NCBI RefSeq assembly: GCF_006345805.1
Contig: NC_043017.1
Coordinates: 17,236,001-17,300,000, forward strand
Length of the DNA stretch: 64,000 bases
Reading direction: 5' to 3'
From: Octopus sinensis
Lineage: Eukaryota
Part shown: positions 25,971-38,585 of the stretch, one piece after another
How the letters are laid out: every line of letters starts with the position of its first letter
Position numbering within the stretch: position 1 is the stretch's first letter
Made by a program: the position numbers and the translations under genes
The notes under the pieces: model-generated
The model's database searches: none
Seen by the model: only the letters and a program-made list of their open reading frames with translations
What the model was told of the DNA's origin: nothing

Positions 25971-27231
25971 GAATTTAGTGCAAGAGAAAAGCAACGAATG
26001 ACAAGAATTTGAAAGAATATTGGAATGAATGAAAACAATAATTCAAAGAACTAAAAAAAAAACAGTGTATGCACACATATATATATAGGTGCAATCGTGG
26101 CTGTGTGGTAAGAAGCTACCTTCCCAACCATATGGTTCCGGGGGTTCAGAACACCATTTCAGAAAATTATCACCGTTCTCTTTGAGCACATAATAGACAA
26201 ATTTAGCTGGGACCAAATAAACCGAGACAAAGTAAGTTCACCTCTTCAATTCTCCAGAATTACATTTGAAAACAGACTCATACACATCAGAAAGACCAGA
26301 AATGTATAAAAAATATAAAATATCTAGGTGAAATGTAAGCGGATCATGGAAAAATGGCACATGATATGAAATTAACGAAACTCGATTAGATCTCAGAACT
26401 CAACATAAAATATTGTCTAAAGCTTCTTCTTGATCTGCTGGAGTGGCTTTATTCCCGCTATATTTAAAAGAGGAGAAATTATTGAAATTACCCTATTTTA
26501 GACATCATGTTTTGAAAAATCGTGTTTTGAAAAATTATCAACTTAGACATTAATGTGGGGGGGAAAATTGACTTGGAATCCAACAGAGAAAAGAATATTG
26601 ATTATCCATGTGTTTTATTAGCAACCTCAATTAGAGTCGGGTCATAATTGAGGAAAAATGTCTCGAAAAAAAAAGTACGTTTCAAAATCTCTCAACTTCA
26701 ACAACGTTAACAAAGCTGACAAATTTTTATTCCTGAAGATGATGCAACAGGACAAAATAATGATGATGCAGGTATGGAGGAAATAACGAAAAATCAGAAA
26801 TTACTAATTTTACCCCGGTTATTAATCACCCCACCATATTATAAATGAATATGTTGTATTTCTTCACCGCGTGATATGCGTAACTAATGTTGCTGCTGAG
26901 ATTGGATTTGCGAAATGATATTAAAAATAACGATTATGATTAAGTTATTTAATCTTGTGATTGGATGATAAAATGAGGGTATTAATTTATTAGTATTCCA
27001 ACATGGTACACCACTAGATAATTACATACCGAGATTTTACGTAGATCTCAACGATAGACGTTCATTTCATCACCCAACTGAATTTCTGCTCCCGAAATTA
27101 ACATATAAGCGGCTGAGTATTCCACAGAAACACGTACTTTTATACCATATTTTTCTTGAGTAGTTGTAACAGTGTGACAATTCAGGACCTTTGAATAACA
27201 GGTACAATGGAAAGAGCGGTGGGGGAATATA

Positions 27232-27361
27232 TTAGGTTGTCCCAAAAGTTCGTAAACACTTGCGAAAATTGAATTTTTACTCGCCAAGCACTAACGAAAA
27301 CAACAAAAATTATTCCTCAAAATAAAGACATTTATGTTTACGAACTTTTGGGACAACCTTA
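27232..27361. mobile_element. mariner-type MITE (130 bp)
   Basis: 27-bp TIR TTAGGTTGTCCCAAAAGTTCGTAAACA / TGTTTACGAACTTTTGGGACAACCTTA with one mismatch; TA on both sides. Confidence 0.9.
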
Positions 27362-27721
27362 TATTATAAAGTGAAGTAGATAAGGGTAGATAACTCGATG
27401 GGCTGGAGATAAACTGAGTGAAACGAACGTGTGTTGCAATGTTATGTTGTAGAGATTTTATTGATTCGATATTGATGGTTCCTCACGTCGGTATTACTCA
27501 GAGTTTCTTGACATGTGCCATTCTCCGAACGACAAAATACTAAACACATATAAGCAACGGTGATTGTGTATATATTTTTCACACACACACACATCCATAC
27601 ATATATTTGCGAGTGTGTGTGTGTGTAACTTTTAGCACTATCCTGGATGGAAGTTTTTGCGTTTTAATATATCGCCGAAGTGTTGCGATGCTAATAATCT
27701 GGTGTAGAATTCAGGACAATT

Positions 27722-27939
27722 CAGAAACGTTAGCACCCCGGACGAAATGCGTAGCCGTATTTCATCTGCCACTGCGTTCTGAGTTCAAATTCCGCCGAGG
27801 TCGACTTTGCCTTTCATCCTTTCGGGGTCGATAAATTAAGTACCAGTTACGCACTGGGGTCGATATAATCGACTTAATCCCTTTGTCTGTCCTTGCTTGT
27901 CCTCTCTGTGTTTAGCCCCTTGTGGGTAATAAACAAATA
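27722..27939 (+). mobile_element. SINE family A, slightly 5'-truncated, perfect 17-bp TSD
   Basis: aataatctggtgtagaa at 27693-27709 and 27940-27956. Confidence 0.92.
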
Positions 27940-28004
27940 AATAATCTGGTGTAGAACACAATATACGGATGCCTCAGAACAAAGTGTTAGTCGAGTAGAG
28001 CGGG

Positions 28005-28284
28005 TATCAAGAAAGAAGAGATGACAAACGAATAAATGATTACCTTATGAACTTTATTAGCTTTACAGCTGTTTCTGTTATAAGTACCAGTGAACTCATA
28101 ATTGAATGCCTGAGTAACACCTCATAGCTTCACTGGCACTTTATATTCGAGGTTCCGATGAAACTATAAGGTGTTACACAGGCACTAAAACATGATTCTA
28201 CTGCATCTTGATAGCAGAAACAACTGAAAGCTAATGAAGTTCATAAAATAATCGTCCATTCCATTGTCATCTCACTTTCTGATA
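28005..28284 (+). mobile_element. Nested foldback element with degenerate hammerhead-like motif
   Basis: Outer arms ~28005-28084 / ~28206-28284; inner hairpin 28107-28184; CCGATGA at 28155, GAAA at 28217; the left arm read on the minus strand gives GAAA-C-AGCT-GT-A. Confidence 0.7.
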
Positions 28285-29303
28285 TACAAGGAATCTTCCC
28301 CCAATTGTAGAGAGGTTGTGTGAACCCAGTCATTTGAGTTTGACGAATCGCCCGTGCAGATAAGCGCTTGTTTGGTGCGAAACCCATAATCCCTCCCTGA
28401 CCGGCCACAACAAGCAAACCTCAAAATATACACAAGGAACTATATTTATACACACACATACACACACATGGTAGCGTGTACTTGCTTCTGCTCATTTCTT
28501 TGCCTGTGTGTGTGTGTGTGTGGTGTGTGTGTGTGTGTGTTTATATCGAAATGAGTTGGCAAAAGGAAAGGAAAATAATCATAATTAGTAAGAAAAAAGT
28601 AATTGTTTCCTCTAGTTATACATGCCGCCACGTGCTAATATATCCACTACCGCCATTATTTTATTATTTTTAATAATAGTAATAATAATAATAACAATAA
28701 TAAACTGCGAAATGTCTTGTTCTCTTCACCTCCACCGTCCGTTTCCTTCTGCCCTCTCTGTTTCTCCTCCCACTCTTTAACTTACACAATTACCAACATC
28801 ATTCTCACTACTCTCACCACCACTATCACAATTATAATACTTCCGACAACAGTACTAGTACCCACCACCGCCACCACCACTACCGCTACTACTACTACCA
28901 ACACCACTATCAAAAAGTCCACCTGTCACACCAGTAATGTCAACTTGTGTCACCTTGTGACAAGTATATATTTCCTTTTATTTTTTTTCTTTACCTTCCG
29001 TGAGTGAGTCCCCTACTTGTCCTGGTGGAAGTAGGCATGTGTTGGGGAGAGAGAAAGAGAGAGAAAAAGAGAGAGATAAAGCAGAGGAAGAGACGGGGTA
29101 ATGAGAGACAGAAAGAATCATGGTGGGGGGGATAAGTGCAATAGGGAAAGAGAAAAAGGGAGGAGAGATCTTTAAAAGGAGAAACAAAAAGAGAAGAGAC
29201 ACGAGTAAGATAGGGAGATGGAAGGAGGGAGGTCGCGGTCTACAAAGAGATAGATTGTGGGTGAGATAGAAGTAGAAGAGAGATGGGGAGAATAGAGAGA
29301 ATG

Positions 29304-29334
<31 letters not shown>

Positions 29335-29732
29335 TGTGTGTGTGCGCGTGGTGACAACGATAGAAGGTCAAGAACTTTCCAATTCTTCCCTGAACCAAGC
29401 AACCCCCGTCAACTTACATCCACGCATCCACTCGGTTATATTGGTCAGTATACCATCTATCAACCAATGTATCGGGTAGCAAACTAGTTGAATACGAGGT
29501 GGATAAATGTCGAACATAATTAAATAAAAACATATAAGTGGAATGCGTGGATGATATATGGGAGATGCAAGTGCACCTGGAAGGCAGACTCGTTTTCTTA
29601 GAGGCTGCAGCAGAAACATCACTGCGACAGATATTTTTTTATCCAAGAGCACAAAAGTCAGTAATCATTGTAGAACTTGCAGTGTGCCCTGGGAGGACAG
29701 ACCTGACATTTTGTACAAGCTGAACAATGCCA

Positions 29733-30109
29733 GAGGAGAATTAATGCATTCGAGCTTTGGTGTTGGAGAAGACTTTTACGGATTCCATGGACAGCGAGGC
29801 TCACCAATGGAGAAGTTCTTAAGCAGATAAGGCCGAAAATGCCGCTAGAAGCGAGGAACACCAAGCATAGATTGGCATATTTCGGTCATATTATGCGGAG
29901 AAAATCCATAGAGAAGGACATCATGCTCGGAGTGGTCAGTGGCAAGAGAGGAAGAGGCCGACCAAGAACCCGCTGGCTTGACACCATCAAGAGCGATACC
30001 GGAATGGACATAGCCAATCTGAAAGAAGCGGCCCACGATAGAACTGACTGGAGGACACTGATCCAACGAGTGACCGAGAGTCGACTTCGACTGAGCGAAT
30101 AGAGAGAGA
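29733..30109 (+). mobile_element. RTE-BovB-like LINE, 5'-truncated 3' end with open frame
   Basis: RINAFELWCWRRLLRIPWTARLTNGEVL...YFGHIMRR...LGVVSGKRGRGRPRTRWLD...DRTDWR...RVTESRLRLSE*, (AG)n tail, 11-bp TSD gaacaatgcca at 29722 and 30110. Confidence 0.95.
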
Positions 30110-30120
30110 GAACAATGCCA

Positions 30121-30240
30121 AATGTTAGAACTTGATCGACGAAGCATTCCACGAGGTTTGGCACGCGACCTCATTCCCTGCTGAAGTTAGTTGTTGAGGT
30201 TTCCCAGCTTGGTCAGTGTGCTGCTTCTTGCAGAAGCCAA
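30121..30240 (+). mobile_element. Highly decayed CR1/Jockey-like RT relic hosting the RTE insertion
   Basis: With a frameshift reads LD/DEAFHEVWH, resembling LDxxKAFDxVWH. Confidence 0.35.
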
Positions 30241-30465
30241 ACAACTAAAAAGAAATTACCACCAGGAGAGCCATATTAGCTGATAGCAGATCAAGGTGAT
30301 TGTGGTTGAGAAGAGAACATAGATGGTACTCTTCTTTAGGTAAAAGCTGTGTCTTCTTCTTTAGGTAAAAGCTGTGTCCTCACTGCCCAACTAGGGAAAA
30401 TCTTCAAGAGACACAATGTCTAAGATATCTGCTAAAGATATTGAGGGGTATCCGACGTTATAAAG

Positions 30466-30724
30466 CAGGGGTTCTCAACAATTTTTTTTTACTATTTTAT
30501 TCTGGTGGACTCCCATAACCCTTCGAGGTTTAAAAGCTAATTTTATGGAAACTTCTTTCAAAATACCTTTTTTTTTTTTGACATTAACTTGTAAAATGTT
30601 AGAGAAAAAATACGTACCTTAAAAACATAATTTTGGATACTTAATTTATTATTTTGTTGCGTAGACCCCTCCAAAATCTTACATAGACGTTAGGGGTCAT
30701 ATGAGCCCCGGTTGAGAACCATTG
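30466..30724. mobile_element. hAT/Charlie-like MITE, uninterrupted
   Basis: TIR CAGGGGTTCTCAAC / GTTGAGAACCATTG; body similar to the copies at 4062 and 14957. Confidence 0.8.
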
Positions 30725-31803
30725 TGTGAAGGCTTTAGTCACCAACCGTAGAGCTTGCAATACCGTCGGGCAGCTCATGTAGTTTTTGTGTGGAACAAAA
30801 CATCTCCGGAGTTTATGTTACCGATAGAATGTCATATCCTCAGTAATAAGTAAATAAAAGAATAAAAATACACTATATGTTAAAGGGGTGATAGTTTGAA
30901 AGAAATTCAATTACTGAGATTTTTAGGTTTTCAATTGGAGAAAGAAAAGGCAGCACTAGCGGTGATTGTTTACAAATAAAAGTTCAAGAATTTCAGAAAT
31001 AATTTCACAAAATCAATTTAAATATTTAGTAGGGCTAGGAATGTGATATTTCAGTATTTAGCACAACCAGTACTCATTGGCGAGGAAACATGGCTGAGTA
31101 ACATATACTCAGGTTGACTTTAGCTTTCATCCTTTCGGGGTCGATACAATGAGTACCAGTTGAATACTTGGGTAAATATAATCGACTTATCCCCTCCTCA
31201 GAACTTTCTGGCCTTGTGCCGAAATTTGAAATCATTATTATTATTAAAGGTGGATATATGTCGCAAGAATGGCCAGTATGAAAGGACCCATTTCTGAGGA
31301 TACACCTGTAAGAAAAAGGTATTACAAAAGGAGAAAGGGGCTCTCTACCACACTTTTGACCAGGCTCCCGTGGCTTTTATGGGTTTTTCCACCAGGAACC
31401 TTTCGAAGCGCCTCCCCCTATTGGGAGTTTTTCATTGTTAAATATTTTCGTTGTTATACTGTTTTTTACACGGATTTTCAAACGGACAAAACTCTTTGTA
31501 ACTTTCGTCCTGTGTTTTGTCCCTTTATGTTATAATTAATTTTTGTCAGCCCTTGTGGCCAATAAAAGAATTTATTATTATTATTATTATTATTATTAAG
31601 TGAAGATTAATGTCAGAATTCGAACTCAGGAAATGTTTGTCCCATACATGCCAGTTTTGCTCCAGTACGAATCAGAGCAACCCGTCAGAGTCTTTCCTTT
31701 AACATCTCTGCTTCGACCACTGCTAGTATTATTACAATGTAAGGAGCCAAAGTTTTCCACCACTGAAATTTCGTACAGTAAACTAGATAAAGCTAAGGGA
31801 AAT

Positions 31804-32354
31804 TATGGAAGCACTCCGTCGGTTACGACGACGAGGGTTCCGGTTGATCCGAATCAACGGAACAGCCTGCTCGTGAAATTAACGTGTAAGTGGCTGAGCA
31901 CTCCACAGACACGTGTACCCTTAACGTAGTTCTCGGGGATATTCAGCGTGACACAGAGAGTGACAAGGCCGGCCCTTTGAAATACAGGTACAACAGAAAC
32001 AGGAAGTAAGAGTGAGAGAAAGTTGTGGTGAAAGAGTACAGCAGGGATCACCACCATCCCCTGCCGGAGCCTCGTGGAGCTTTTAGGTGTTTTCGCTCAA
32101 TAAACACTCACAACGCCCGGTCTGGGAATCGAAACCGCGATCCTATGAACGCGAGTCCGCTGCCTTGAGAGAAAGTTGGGGTGAAAGTTGGGGTGAAAGA
32201 GTACAGCAGGGATCACCACCATCCCTGCCGGAGTCTCGTGGAGCTTTTAGGTGTTTTCGCTCAATAAACACTCACAACGCCCGGTCTGGGAATCGAAACC
32301 GCGATCCTATGACCGCGAGTCCGCTGCCCTAACCACTGGGCCATTGCGCTTCCA
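31804..32354 (-). mobile_element. tRNA-derived SINE family C with internal ~150-bp tandem duplication
   Basis: Minus head GTGGAAGCGCAATGGCCCAGTGGTTAGGGCAGCGGACTCGCGG..GGTTTCGATTCCC; TSD ctaagggaaat at 31793 and 32355; second copy at 46438-46676. Confidence 0.88.
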
Positions 32355-32799
32355 CTAAGGGAAATGACACACAGAGGCTAAGGGGTAAATTTAGATAGAT
32401 AAATTACACACACATTTAGAGAGAGAGAGAGAGAGAGAGAGTATGACAGGGATGGAGGGAGAGAGACGAGTGTATGTACACACACGTCATCGTTATATAT
32501 TACTAATTTTTCTTTTATACTTGAACAGCTCAGCGTTTCTATTTTCGTTTCATTTCTCGCCATTTTTGTTGGCAACGTTTTTGCAAAGAGAGAGAGGGGG
32601 AGGGAGAGAGAGTGAGAGGGGAGAGAAAGAGAGAGTGAGAGGGGAGAGAGAAAGAGAGAGCAGTGACATCAGTATTTCTGTGCTATTTCCGTGGATGTTG
32701 TTGTTGGTGTTGGTGGTGGTGATGCTGGTGTGTTGATATTTCTGCGGAGAAATGTGGATATCGATGTCGGCGAAGTCGTGGTCATCTTATGATCGGGCA

Positions 32800-32816
32800 T
32801 CACGTGAGATATAAAA
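32800..32816 (+). promoter_or_regulatory. E-box (TCACGTGA) abutting a TATA box (TATAAAA), candidate core promoter
   Basis: Motif match only; lies in a CpG-richer unique stretch with YY1-like sites at ~32558 and ~32943. Confidence 0.3.
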
Positions 32817-33288
32817 GCACTAGCGAGAGGAGAGGACAGAGCGAGAGGGGGTTGGGATGGAGGGAGAGTGAGAGGGGGAGAGAGAGGGAAGGCAAGAACG
32901 AAAAGAAGAAAGAAAGAACGGGAGAGAGAGAGAGAGAGAGAAAGAATGGCGCCAGTCTAACGTATGCGAGGTTGTGTGACCTGGAAACGACTCGCCAAAC
33001 ACCATTTGCTTATCGACCAATGGCTTATTTACATACAGCGTTTTTGGATAGCTGGCTGTATTTGTATGTGTGTGTGGAGGGGGGGTAGGGTTGTTTATTT
33101 GTGGCCTTCTTTACTTGCATATGTATCTAAAGGTCCCCATAACCTAACGGCTGGAAAGAAGAAACTAATAAAATGAATAGCAGAGTTTAGGTTGATTTAA
33201 TCGCCTAAAAACAAAGAAGAAAACCTTGAAGGCAATCTCTCATCATGGTTGCTATCCAGTGACTGAAACCAGCAGAACGAGATGTATG

Positions 33289-33321
<33 letters not shown>

Positions 33322-33339
33322 TATAGTGTGTGTGTGTGT

Positions 33340-33545
33340 ACACACGTATATATTTGTGTTTGTGTTTGTCCCCGCACCATCGCTTGAAAACCGATGTTGG
33401 TGCGTTTACGTCCTCGTAACTTAGCGGTTCGGCAAAAGAGAACGATACAATAAGTATTAGGCTTCCAAAGAATACGTCCTGGGGTCGATTCGTTCGACTA
33501 AACGCGGTGCTCCAGCATGGCGGCATTCAAATGGCGAACAATAAA
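33340..33545 (+). mobile_element. SINE family B, 3' half
   Basis: TTTGTCCCC..CATCGCTTG..GTAACTTAGCGGTTCGGCAAAAGAG..CCAGCATGG. Confidence 0.85.
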
Positions 33546-33574
33546 AAAATAAAAATAAAATAAAAGTATGTATA

Positions 33575-33790
33575 TTCTTTTATTTGTTTCACTCATTTGA
33601 CTGCGGCCATACTGAAGCACTGCATTTAGTCGAGCAAATCGACCCAGGACTTATTCTTTGTAAGCTTAGTGCTTATTTTGTTGGTCTCTTTTGCCGAACC
33701 GCTAACTTGCGAGAACTATGAACACACCAGCATCGGTTGTCAAGCGATGCTTTGAGGAGAAACACGGACACTCACACACAAACACACACA
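33575..33790 (-). mobile_element. SINE family B, 3' half, tail-to-tail with the previous copy
   Basis: Reverse complement of the same region. Confidence 0.85.
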
Positions 33791-33805
33791 CACACACACA
33801 CACGT

Positions 33806-34019
33806 CCTTGTTTCGTATACATTCGATCTTTTTTCCAAGGAATCTAATGCTCTTAGCTTAGTTTTTCCTTGGGGCCGGCCAGATTGGAGCAATCTCAAGA
33901 TTAATCAGCCGAAATTGCGAGGATGATCCGGTTCTTGACTGAAGATTAAAGGCTACGAATGACCCGTCCGTGTATTTTGTATCGTCTATTTGGATGTTTT
34001 GCGTTCTTGTCCTATTTTG

Positions 34020-34025
<6 letters not shown>
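33806..34025 (+). mobile_element. Microsatellite-flanked repeat, same family as 10150-10460
   Basis: Reverse-complement homology; CTTGA-CTGAAGA at 33934-33945. Confidence 0.75.
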
Positions 34026-34064
<39 letters not shown>

Positions 34065-34135
34065 AATAAAATGACAACAAAAGAACGGAACCTCGATATT
34101 ATGAAAATAGAGGAATTTATATACGTGTGTGTGTA

Positions 34136-34170
<35 letters not shown>

Positions 34171-34171
<1 letters not shown>

Positions 34172-34583
34172 CTCTCTTTACTCTTTTACTGGTTTCAGTC
34201 ATTTGACTGCGGCCATGCTGGAGCACCGCCTTTAGTCGAGCAAATCGATCCGGGACTTATTCTTTTGTAAGCCCAGTACTTATTATATCGGTTCTTTTAC
34301 CGAACCGCTAAGTAACGGGGACGTAAACACACCACCATCGGTTGTCAAGCAATGCTAGGGGGACAAACACAGACACACAAACACATACACATACATAATA
34401 TACATATATATACATATATACGACAGGCTTCTTTCAGTTTCCGTCTGCCAAATCCACTCACAAGGCATTGGTCGGCCCGGGGCTATAGCAGAAGACACTT
34501 GCCCAAGATGCCACGCAGTGGGACTGAACCCGGAACCATGTGGTTGGTTAGCAAGCTACTTACCACACAGCCACTCCTGCGCC
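34171..34583 (-). mobile_element. SINE family B, full length, least diverged copy
   Basis: Minus head GGCGCAGGAGTGGCTGTGTGGTAAG..GGTTCAGTCCCACTGCGTGGCATCTTGGGCAAGTG; tail GTAAAAGAGTAAAGAG; (TA)n on both sides. Confidence 0.92.
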
Positions 34584-34859
34584 TAATATATATATTAGTT
34601 TATATATATTTATATATGTATGTCATGTAGGAGTCTCTCATCTATTGGATTACATTCTAAAGTCTGCCGGTTTCATATATGTATAACTGTTTCTTTATTT
34701 CCTCTCGCTCTCAATCACTTCCAGTTTCCTTCTCCCCTTCTCCTTATCTCTATTTTTCTCACTGTTCTACATCTAATTCACTCCTTCCTCTCCCTCCTCT
34801 CTCTCTCTCTTTTTGTGTTATACGTCCGTATGCATTTCCGTCGGTTTTCTTGGAACAAT

Positions 34860-34966
34860 AATGGCGACTTCAGTTGAAGACGGATTCTCAAAATTCTATA
34901 AATTTAATTAGAAACTAATCACCACTTCCGGTAGACAGTTCTGGCAGCCAGTACTTCCGGTAAACA
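34860..34966. promoter_or_regulatory. Tandem ETS-like sites plus a YY1-like site
   Basis: ACTTCCGGTA at 34924 and 34953; AATGGCG at 34860; motif match only. Confidence 0.3.
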
Positions 34967-35118
34967 CATATCGACCAGTCATTTACATGTAATTATAACA
35001 CCAGTTCCTTTATTCATGGCTGTTTGTCACTTGATATACATACATACATTAATGCGGCGTCTAGTTAGACTTAAAAATTTATCTATATGAATGCACCCAC
35101 CAAACATACATACATGCG

Positions 35119-35149
<31 letters not shown>

Positions 35150-35278
35150 TACTCTTAGGCTAATATATTCATATAAATAATAAAAATATGTATACACTTC
35201 TGTGTATACTTGTATGTGTATGTTTGCACATGTATGCGCCTATGTGTTCCTCTGTATATTGTATGTATATGGGAGTGC

Positions 35279-35365
<87 letters not shown>

Positions 35366-35480
35366 AATGCGCGCGCGTGTTGTGTATGTGAGACGTGCAA
35401 GAATGTAATTTGATAAATATAACAGCGATCAATAATATATATTTGATTTGTTAAGCCACATTTCAGTCAACTAGGCACAT

Positions 35481-35519
<39 letters not shown>

Positions 35520-35761
35520 CCGGCCTCTATCTTTCTCACACTTTCTTTCTCCCCCCTATCTACATATTTCTAGATTTCTCTCTCTCTCGCTTTTTTTCTC
35601 CATATTCTTTACTATGATTCATTATCTCTCTATATATCTGCTTTGCTCTTCCCTCTATCGTGCTTACAAAATCACACGTGACATTTGTATTGAAACAACA
35701 ACAACAACACACACACACAGACTCACTCACAAACACAGAAATATATACAGAGGGAGTGAAG

Positions 35762-35806
<45 letters not shown>

Positions 35807-36775
35807 AAGACACGGACATAGCGAATATTCACACGCAGCAAACACACATACAGATGCACATACACACACAACTCAAACACACCATATATTAGTAAACAAG
35901 GAAATTAATATTTTACAAATTTTTATGTCTGATTCTCTCGACACAGTTCTGAAGACATGTTGTACGATTGGGTTCGTGGTGAGGTGAAACCATTGGTTTT
36001 CTCAAGTAGTTTCATATCACTATTGCGACTACAGTGAGGTGTCACCCGAGTGTCTGCTGTGACGTGTTACTACTTTAGCTGTTACGAAGTGTCTGTACTT
36101 TCCTGCCATAGTTGTGTTTAAATCGATGTCCCCTAATTATGTCCCTGGTGTCACACTTTTATCTCTCAATGTCAGAAATTCGTGACAAAATTGTTCCGTA
36201 CAGAGCTGACCGTGATACAGGTCACAACAGCTCCTAATATAGTTGGACGGAGTGGTGGAGGAAATGTTCACTACTTTGTCGTTATTTTGATACTTAAGTT
36301 TCAGCCACAATTGGCCCAGGCCATGACTAACTTAATACCACCACCTGACAAGACATTTGATTATACTTCATGTCAATTTGGGCACCAAAGTGCATTCGTG
36401 TAAACAGTTATTTCTTGCAGAGATGTATCCGAGTGTAGATGGCTTATTTGGAATTTGAGGGAAGAATTCGTTCAAGGACCGTTTGAATGTTATGAGGTCT
36501 TTTTCTTCCCTTATGCGTCTTAGTATAATACTATAGAGAGCAGTCAAATTGTTACTGGCATCGATATCATTCTTATTATTGCTAGTAATATTGTTGTTTA
36601 ACCCAGTTCAGCTGATTTTTCGGAACTATGACCGAAAGTGTCCCAGTCATAATCATCTCTTCTTTTATTTAGGGATACACTACCCAATGTACACTTCTTG
36701 ATTTAAAGCAGTGTGTCGTTTTAAAGATGGCTTTGTCTCCTACTTTTAAATGTCATTGCTTTTACTTTTGTTATT

Positions 36776-36806
<31 letters not shown>

Positions 36807-36960
36807 CAATCGCTTTTGTTGTTGTTGTTGTTGCAGCAGAGACAGTTGCACTCGGTCCGATTAAGAAAGGCTAAAGTAGTTCATATAGTGGGTTCATGTC
36901 AAAGAAAGAAGTGCCTCTGCAGTAGAGGCTGAAGAGATGAAGCAAGGGTAGAGTTAGATG

Positions 36961-37005
<45 letters not shown>

Positions 37006-38367
37006 TGGAAGGAAGGAAAGAAATGCTGATAGACAGAAAAGGGGTTTGAGAGAAAGGGAGATACATAGAGAGCAACACATGGGAAGAGAGAGGGGGTAAA
37101 ATAATCAGGAGTAGCAGGGTAAGAGGGTATTTCTGTGTAATTGAAACTGGTGGAAATAACACACACATACACACACGTATCTATATACATATACGCATAC
37201 ATGTATACATACATTTTATACACAAATGCATATGTGTGTGTGTGTGTGTGTGTGAATGCACATATGTGTGCGTGTATGCAAACGAAAGTATGCACATTTG
37301 CATATAAATACATAGTTATATATTCGCACAGCCCTGTATAAAACTCACAAGTTCCGTTCGAAATATGAATGATTCTGATATTCCTCACCCTCCATCCACC
37401 CTCAACTCCTTTTTTCTCTCTTATAAAAGAGACAGAAAGAGTTGAGGAGGAGAGGGTATGCTTGGGTGCGTAAGGGTGTGTGTGTGTGTGTGGTGAGGTG
37501 TGTGTTAGCGATCAATGTTTTTCATTCCTAAACCATCTGCGATTCTAAGGTCTTTGACTCCTTTTCTTCATTTCCGTCACACTCCCACGATCTTCGATCA
37601 TCCCCCCCCTCACTCCGCTCATCCTAATCCCAGATGTCGCGTATTGATGATTGTGACAGCAACCACGGCAAAACATCTGAAGGATAACGACAAAAACATC
37701 AACATCATCATCATCATGAACAACATGGTCAACCTCATTATAATCATCATCATCATCATCGTTGTCATCATGTCACTGCCAGCAGCACATCAATATCATC
37801 ATCATCATCCCTGCTCTGCCATCCGCATCGCCACCAGCGCCACTACCACTATAATCACGGACATTATTATCGTTAAACAAGCTAAGCAAGAGCGTCACTA
37901 TATGGCCATGTAGACTGCTAGAAATGAGAGTTAAATTTCCTTCAAATCAGGACCTAATGTGACATGAAAGACCACATCGGGTAATGTGCCCCACCCCACC
38001 CCACTCCCAGTTCCTTGAAGGTACGAAGAAGACTGAACCACCACGGTTGGAACAATGCCTTTAATAATATATCGACTCAAAGAAACCTGACGAATCAGGG
38101 GCTGAAACAAGAGCATCATCTTCACCCTTATATTTGTTATCCTCATCCTCGACAACATCGTCGTTATATCATCATCATCATCATAGCCATTATCGCAATA
38201 ATAATAATCATACTACTGATTTTGGCACAAGGCCAGCACCTTCGGGGAAAGGTTAAGTCGATTACATCGAAACCAGTGTTCAATTGGTACTTATTTTATT
38301 GACCCCGAAAAGATGAAAGATAAAGTCGACCCCCACCAACGGCATTTGAAATAATAATAATATTGAT

Positions 38368-38585
38368 AGAACCATTAGCATGCCGGGCGAAATGCGTAGC
38401 CATATTTTGTCTGCCGTTACGTTCTGAGTTCAAATTCCGCCGAGGTCGACTTTGCCTTTCATGCTTTCGGGGTCGATAAATTAAGTATCAGTTACGTACT
38501 GGGGTCGATGTAATCGACTTAATCCGTTTGTCTGTCCTTGTTTCTCCTCTCTATGTTTAGCCCCTTGTGGGTAGTAAAGAAACAA
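38368..38585 (+). mobile_element. SINE family A, beside an older minus-strand copy (38220-38350)
   Basis: Family A consensus. Confidence 0.88.

Noticed and set aside
30330-30378. 24-bp tandem duplication tcttctttaggtaaaagctgtgtc
   Set aside because: Ordinary local slippage duplication
32280-32354. tRNA-like sequence with A and B boxes
   Set aside because: It is the head of a SINE continuing into a repeat body with a TSD; no proper cloverleaf acceptor stem seen
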